From assembly GCF_964355755.1 (NCBI RefSeq), contig NC_092670.1:40536388-40600387 (forward strand): a stretch of DNA of 64,000 nt. The letters run 5' to 3'. The stretch comes from Antedon mediterranea. Taxonomy: Eukaryota; Animalia; Echinodermata. Shown piece by piece: positions 60,201 to 64,000 of this stretch. The notes beneath the pieces are model-generated. The model worked only from the letters and a program-made list of their open reading frames with translations, did not search any database and had not been told where the DNA came from. The position numbers and the translations under genes were made by a program. Numbering within the stretch: the first letter of the stretch is position 1; each line of letters begins with the position of its first letter.

Positions 60201-63200
60201 AAGCTCTGTCTACACTCTCAAACTTTATGTGACAAAAAAATTGTATGTGCCCATGGACACGATGATGTCATATCACTACCATATTTAAGTCACAACAATT
60301 AGTCCATAAGGTTTTTTAGAATTCACTCCTTCAACCCATAGTAACAGAACTGGGTCATAATATTCTAATGAAATCGAACAGATTTTGGAGAGAATAAACA
60401 GAATTAGTCCATTAAGGTTTTTTTCAAAACATTCCACTCTTTCAACCCATAGTAACAAAACTGGGTCATACTTTCATAAGAATTTGATTTAGTCTCAACA
60501 AACCGTTAAGCCGACAACATGACGTAGGGCTAATCTAATGAAGCATACAAAGGGAAAATTTGACTTGGACACCTTCGTGTTTGGTAAACAAAAGAAAAAG
60601 GCAAATATGAATAGAAATAGTCTAAGTATAGCACCAAAAGCCAATGCATGCTGTGTATAAAACAGCTACAATTGCAAGAATGGGTTTATTTTCAATTCAA
60701 AAGGTTTTATCAAGAATGAACTACTGTATTATGTCAATAACTAAAAACTTAGTTTTCCACTCTGATAGAATTTAAATGTGTGATACTAGATTCCACAATT
60801 TGGCAGAGGAATGGTGGATGGGAAGGGCTTGTCAGGATTCAGAGAAGAAACTTTGTACGAGTCAAGGGGTCCTTACACTCTGACAATATGTGAACTTTTA
60901 TGCTGTTTTAATGCTTGGTGATACAGTAATAATACTAAAGGGTAATAACCATTTCCAACCATTTTCTCAATCTGAGAAACGCAACACTAAGGCCCTGTTC
61001 AGACCCATGGCGTTAGACCGTTTTAGCGTACAACGTTACTATCAAGGTCACGTTACAAACCGCAGAGAAAAAAACGAGGTGTTCAGACCCATAGCGTACG
61101 ATTATCGTTACAACGGAAGTACGTCATCCAGGTTGTTTCTAGTTGCATATTCATGTGCTCTTACCCACGTGTTTTCATCATTATTTCCACTGTATATAGG
61201 CCTAGATCTCAGCCCTAAAATTATGACAAAATGTGCCGTAAATAAAACATACCTCAGCATTTATTTAAGAAAAATATAGTAAAGCCAAATTTCTGTTTCT
61301 ATTGTTTTTATTTTGTTTGTAGTAAAAAACATTTTCCCCAGGCTCTTGTGTTACGAAAATAAAGCAGGCCTCGTAATGCTAATGATGAAGAAAAAAATGA
61401 TTGTGATTAGTCTATCCAGTCCAGTCAAAGATATATATTCTTTGGTCCAGTCGGTTGAAAATAACCCTTAACTTGCTAATAAAAGGGACACAGCTCCTCT
61501 TGTTTGTTTACTGATTTTTTTAGGAGTTAGGGGGTTTTCAGCATTAAACTTGTCCAGTCTAGTCTGCCTTGTATGAATGAGTGACTTGATGTCCCACGCT
61601 AGTTTTTAGCTTGAATGAAATGCGTGAATGGCTCTAGGCCTAGCTAGGCCTAAAAGCGGATGGGATCGTAGTCCCTATGTTTAAATACAAGGTGCATGTA
61701 TTTATGTCATTTGTTAGAAAATATAATGGTAATCAGTTGATAGTAGTTTGTAGCCTTTGTAACAGTTGTATTTGTAGTGTAGTTAGGCCTTATTTATTCT
61801 GGCCTTTTTGTTATTGAAATCATGATCCATCTCACACATTGACGATACAAGATGTCAGCCTAGGTCAAACCTTGTTTCGCGTCATAACAGGAAACGTTCT
61901 GATTGGATACAACGTTGACTTAGAGTAGCGTCGTACGCTAAAACGGTACTATCAACCGTTTTCCACTACAACGCTACAACCGTTGTACGACGCGTTGTAC
62001 GCTAATCCCCAACTGTTCAGACACACATTCTTTTAGCGTCGTACGCTAAAACGGTCTAACGCCATGGGTCTGAACAGGGCCTGAATCATCTTTGTCAAAG
62101 AAAAATTGACATAATTTTTTTTTGTTTTCAAATAAACCCATCCTTTTATCATAAATCATCTAAATCAAAATATTGGTTTGTAAGAATTATGTTTTGTAGT
62201 AAAACCACAAAACCACAATTTTCATTGAAATGGAAAAAAAAAAGAATATGAGGGACTTGCATGAATGCTTGTGTTAAATAAAAGTTTGCCATTTCATTAG
62301 AAAGCAGCTAACAAAATCACACACACTAAATATCATTTTAAACACTTAGGTCATTCACATTTGTACTTACCATTATTTGATAACAGTTCATAATTCTTGG
62401 GTAGCTCTAAAATGTGCTGTGGTTTAGGGACAACTGGGGTGTATTCAGGAGGCCAAAACGGTCCATCCTTAGTCATCAATACTCCATTAAAATTATCCTC
62501 TTTCAACAATTCTTTCATTTTATTGTTTTTCTTCTTGTGTTCCACATAACTTTTAAATCCTTTTTTGGTATAACTATGAATAGTTTCATTTTCTGAAGGA
62601 GTTTCTGTCGTTCCTGGCAAAGTTTTCATGTCTGTTGAAGATCTTGTTAATACAATTTTTGATAACGCCTCTGGCGATGATACAGGGGTGGAATTTGTCC
62701 AGTTCTGTTTTTTCAAATTAACAGATGTTTCGTTCATATTAATTTCTTCATCATCAGACGTTCTCTCTGATGAACGTAAAGCGGTGCTTGTGGCAAACCT
62801 ACGGTATGGTTGCCGTTTCTTTTTGTTACGTTTCTTTGATTTTTGTGCTTTTAATTCTTCTACAGAAGTGACTGACTGTGATCTATAAAATTAAAAAAAT
62901 GTAAGAAATTGAAACGGTATAATAATAAACCAAATAAATGTAAATAAAATAAATCTACAATTTTTTTTATTGTTTTTTTTTGTCATTGTACCATTGTAGA
63001 GTTTGTAAATAAATGTTTTGAAATTTATTTACAATAAAATGGATACAACGCAATTTGATTGAATTGAATGAACTTACCGATTAGCTAGTTGTACTTGATG
63101 TAAACGACGTACTTTAGCTTTTTCTCTGTTGCGTCTAATTCTCTCCAGCGGTGGCGTATCTAGCGCCTCACGAACACGTTGTGCTATTTCTTGTTCAATT

Positions 63201-63234
63201 CGTTCTTGAATCTCCATTCGCCATGTAAGAGGCT
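44038..63234 (-). CDS. Cytosolic carboxypeptidase (M14D tubulin deglutamylase, AGBL2/AGBL3-like); 5' end continues beyond the window
   Basis: Exons 63234-63078, 62882-62371, 55333-55141, 54747-54593, 53491-53337, 52979-52793, 52411-52281, 51644-51456, 50878-50741, 50470-50223, 49908-49808, 49398-49224, 48857-48734, 48476-48426, (optional 47929-47636), 45274-45128, 44781-44038. Motifs [69 protein letters not shown]-terminal exons are less certain. Confidence 0.9.
45505..45812 (-). mobile_element. Full-length tRNA-derived SINE with a conserved central core (Deu/Nin/Meta-type)
   Basis: Minus strand: A box gtggccgagcggttaag, B box ggttcgaggc, core tcggataaggactataaaccgtaggtcc...gcactttaaagaac, and an (aaac)n tail. 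Related fragments at about 24275-24455, 38415-38530 and 51980-52055. Confidence 0.85.
46247..46337. repeat. 28-bp tandem repeat, about 3 copies
   Basis: ccaagaggggtgtttaattggagtcgga. Confidence 0.9.
51234..51419. repeat. 37-bp minisatellite, about 5 copies
   Basis: ttgatatgtagcacctacctactatcatacaacaagc. Confidence 0.95.
51751..51865. mobile_element. MITE family A copy
   Basis: ggctctgtccacactatcaa...agtttgatagtgtagacaagact. Confidence 0.8.
53099..53266. mobile_element. MITE family A copy
   Basis: agctctgtctacacgatcaaact...agtttaatagtgtagacagagctt. Confidence 0.8.
54922..55097. repeat. 44-bp minisatellite, 4 copies
   Basis: ggctaccagatggaccatgttttgagcatgatgttaatgcctta. Confidence 0.95.
55345..55460. 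repeat. 39-bp tandem repeat x3 duplicating the polypyrimidine tract of an AGBL acceptor
   Basis: aaaaagaaaatacattcatcaacaaatctataaaatat. Confidence 0.85.
55741..56005 (-). CDS. Putative alternative first coding exon of the AGBL gene
   Basis: ATG at 56005; open frame MMDLCLSG...[31 protein letters not shown]; phase-1 donor G|gtaggt compatible with the acceptor at 55333; its end is homologous to the end of exon 62882-62371. Confidence 0.7.
58782..58794. promoter_or_regulatory. RFX X-box-like palindrome GTTGCTTAGCAAC
   Basis: Fits the X-box pattern; lies in an intron of a cilia-associated gene family member; similar motifs at 56215-56228 and about 56975-56988. Confidence 0.4.
60991..62081. mobile_element. 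About 1.1-kb non-autonomous DNA transposon, PIF/Harbinger-like
   Basis: TIR of about 40 bp, ggccctgttcagacccatggcgttagaccgttttagcgtac, with its exact reverse complement at 62041-62081. Flanks taa/tga; subterminal repeats; no transposase ORF. Confidence 0.88.
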
Positions 63235-63582
63235 CTGACAAAATATAAAAGTACAGTTTTTTAAATATTCTTTAACTAATTGCTATGCAAAAATTAAATG
63301 TGAATTACAAACGATTTTAGTGTTAGGTTTTTTTTAGACTGCTAACAATTTTCAGTGTAAATTTGTATCATCATGCAAGACAGTAGCCAAAACATGTTAT
63401 ATTTTTCAGATACAAAATTAGAAAGAACAACTTTAGTGTTAGGCTTTTTTTTAAAGACTGCTGACATGCAAGCCAGTAGCCAGGATTGTCACAGGAGTGG
63501 TGGTTGTCTTTTTGATAAACTATTCATTCTTCATGATAACTCTTTAAACAGGAGGTTTAACAAAATTACGTTTGTAATCATA

Positions 63583-63860
63583 TAATAATAATAATAATAA
63601 ATAACATTTATAAAGCGCAAGAGACAAAGGTTTCAAAGCGCTGTGTTTTCCAAGATCAGTGCAAGTAGTAGCGTGCGATTATGCTTCTCTGAAGAGATGA
63701 GTTTTGAGTTTAGTTTTAAATGTGATAACAGATTTTGATGAGCGTATTTCGAGTGGTAGAGTGTTCCAGAGTTTTGGGGCTGCGACAGCGAAAGCACGAT
63801 CACCGTAAAACCGAGTTCTGGAACGGGGTCCAGGTTTTAGAAGAAGTCTGCTGGATGAAC
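63583..63860 (-). mobile_element. 5'-truncated L2-clade LINE 3' end
   Basis: Minus-strand translation SSSRLLLKPGPRSRTRFYGDRAFAVAAPKLWNTLPLEIRSSKSVITFKTKLKTHLFREA* (typical L2/CR1 ORF2 C-terminus), then gcgctttgaaacc...gcgctttataaat and a (tta)n tail. Confidence 0.9.
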
Positions 63861-64000
63861 AAAGCGAAGTGAATCACTTTTAAACAAAATTTGGTACTCA
63901 TAAAATTCAGGTCATATTTCATCATATGGCAATATAATTACGTGCGTAGCGCATATAACGCATGCGTACGCGCGCTTCAAATTTTCAAAATTGTCAATTT

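Noticed and set aside
60890-61279. 129-aa ORF as a transposase
   Set aside because: It begins outside the element, reads through the TIR and shows no DDE or Myb/SANT features.

Overview
AT-rich, intron-rich eukaryotic DNA from an invertebrate animal (echinoderm-like by inference; the species cannot be proven from sequence alone). Spliced models were built by hand from GT-AG sites and phase checks. In order: the last exon of a C-clamp zinc-finger gene (ZNF704/ZNF395/SLC2A4RG family, +); an 8-exon CHST15/GalNAc4S-6ST-like sulfotransferase (-) carrying an in-frame (HDIN/HDMK)x14 minisatellite; a three-copy SLCO/OATP cluster (a deleted pseudogene, a complete copy with one 1-bp frameshift, and an intact copy); an 11-exon Hippo/MST (STK3/4) kinase (-); and most of an AGBL2/3-type cytosolic carboxypeptidase (-) that appears to have two alternative homologous N-terminal exons. 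Non-coding DNA is dense with two MITE families, Harbinger- and Kolobok-like elements, tRNA- and 5S-derived SINEs, L2 LINE tails, minisatellites, a hairpin-built 285-bp satellite and tiny palindromic insertions with 7-bp target-site duplications. No prokaryotic-type system, CRISPR array or autonomous transposon is present. I found no clearly new biological system; the best leads are listed as findings.
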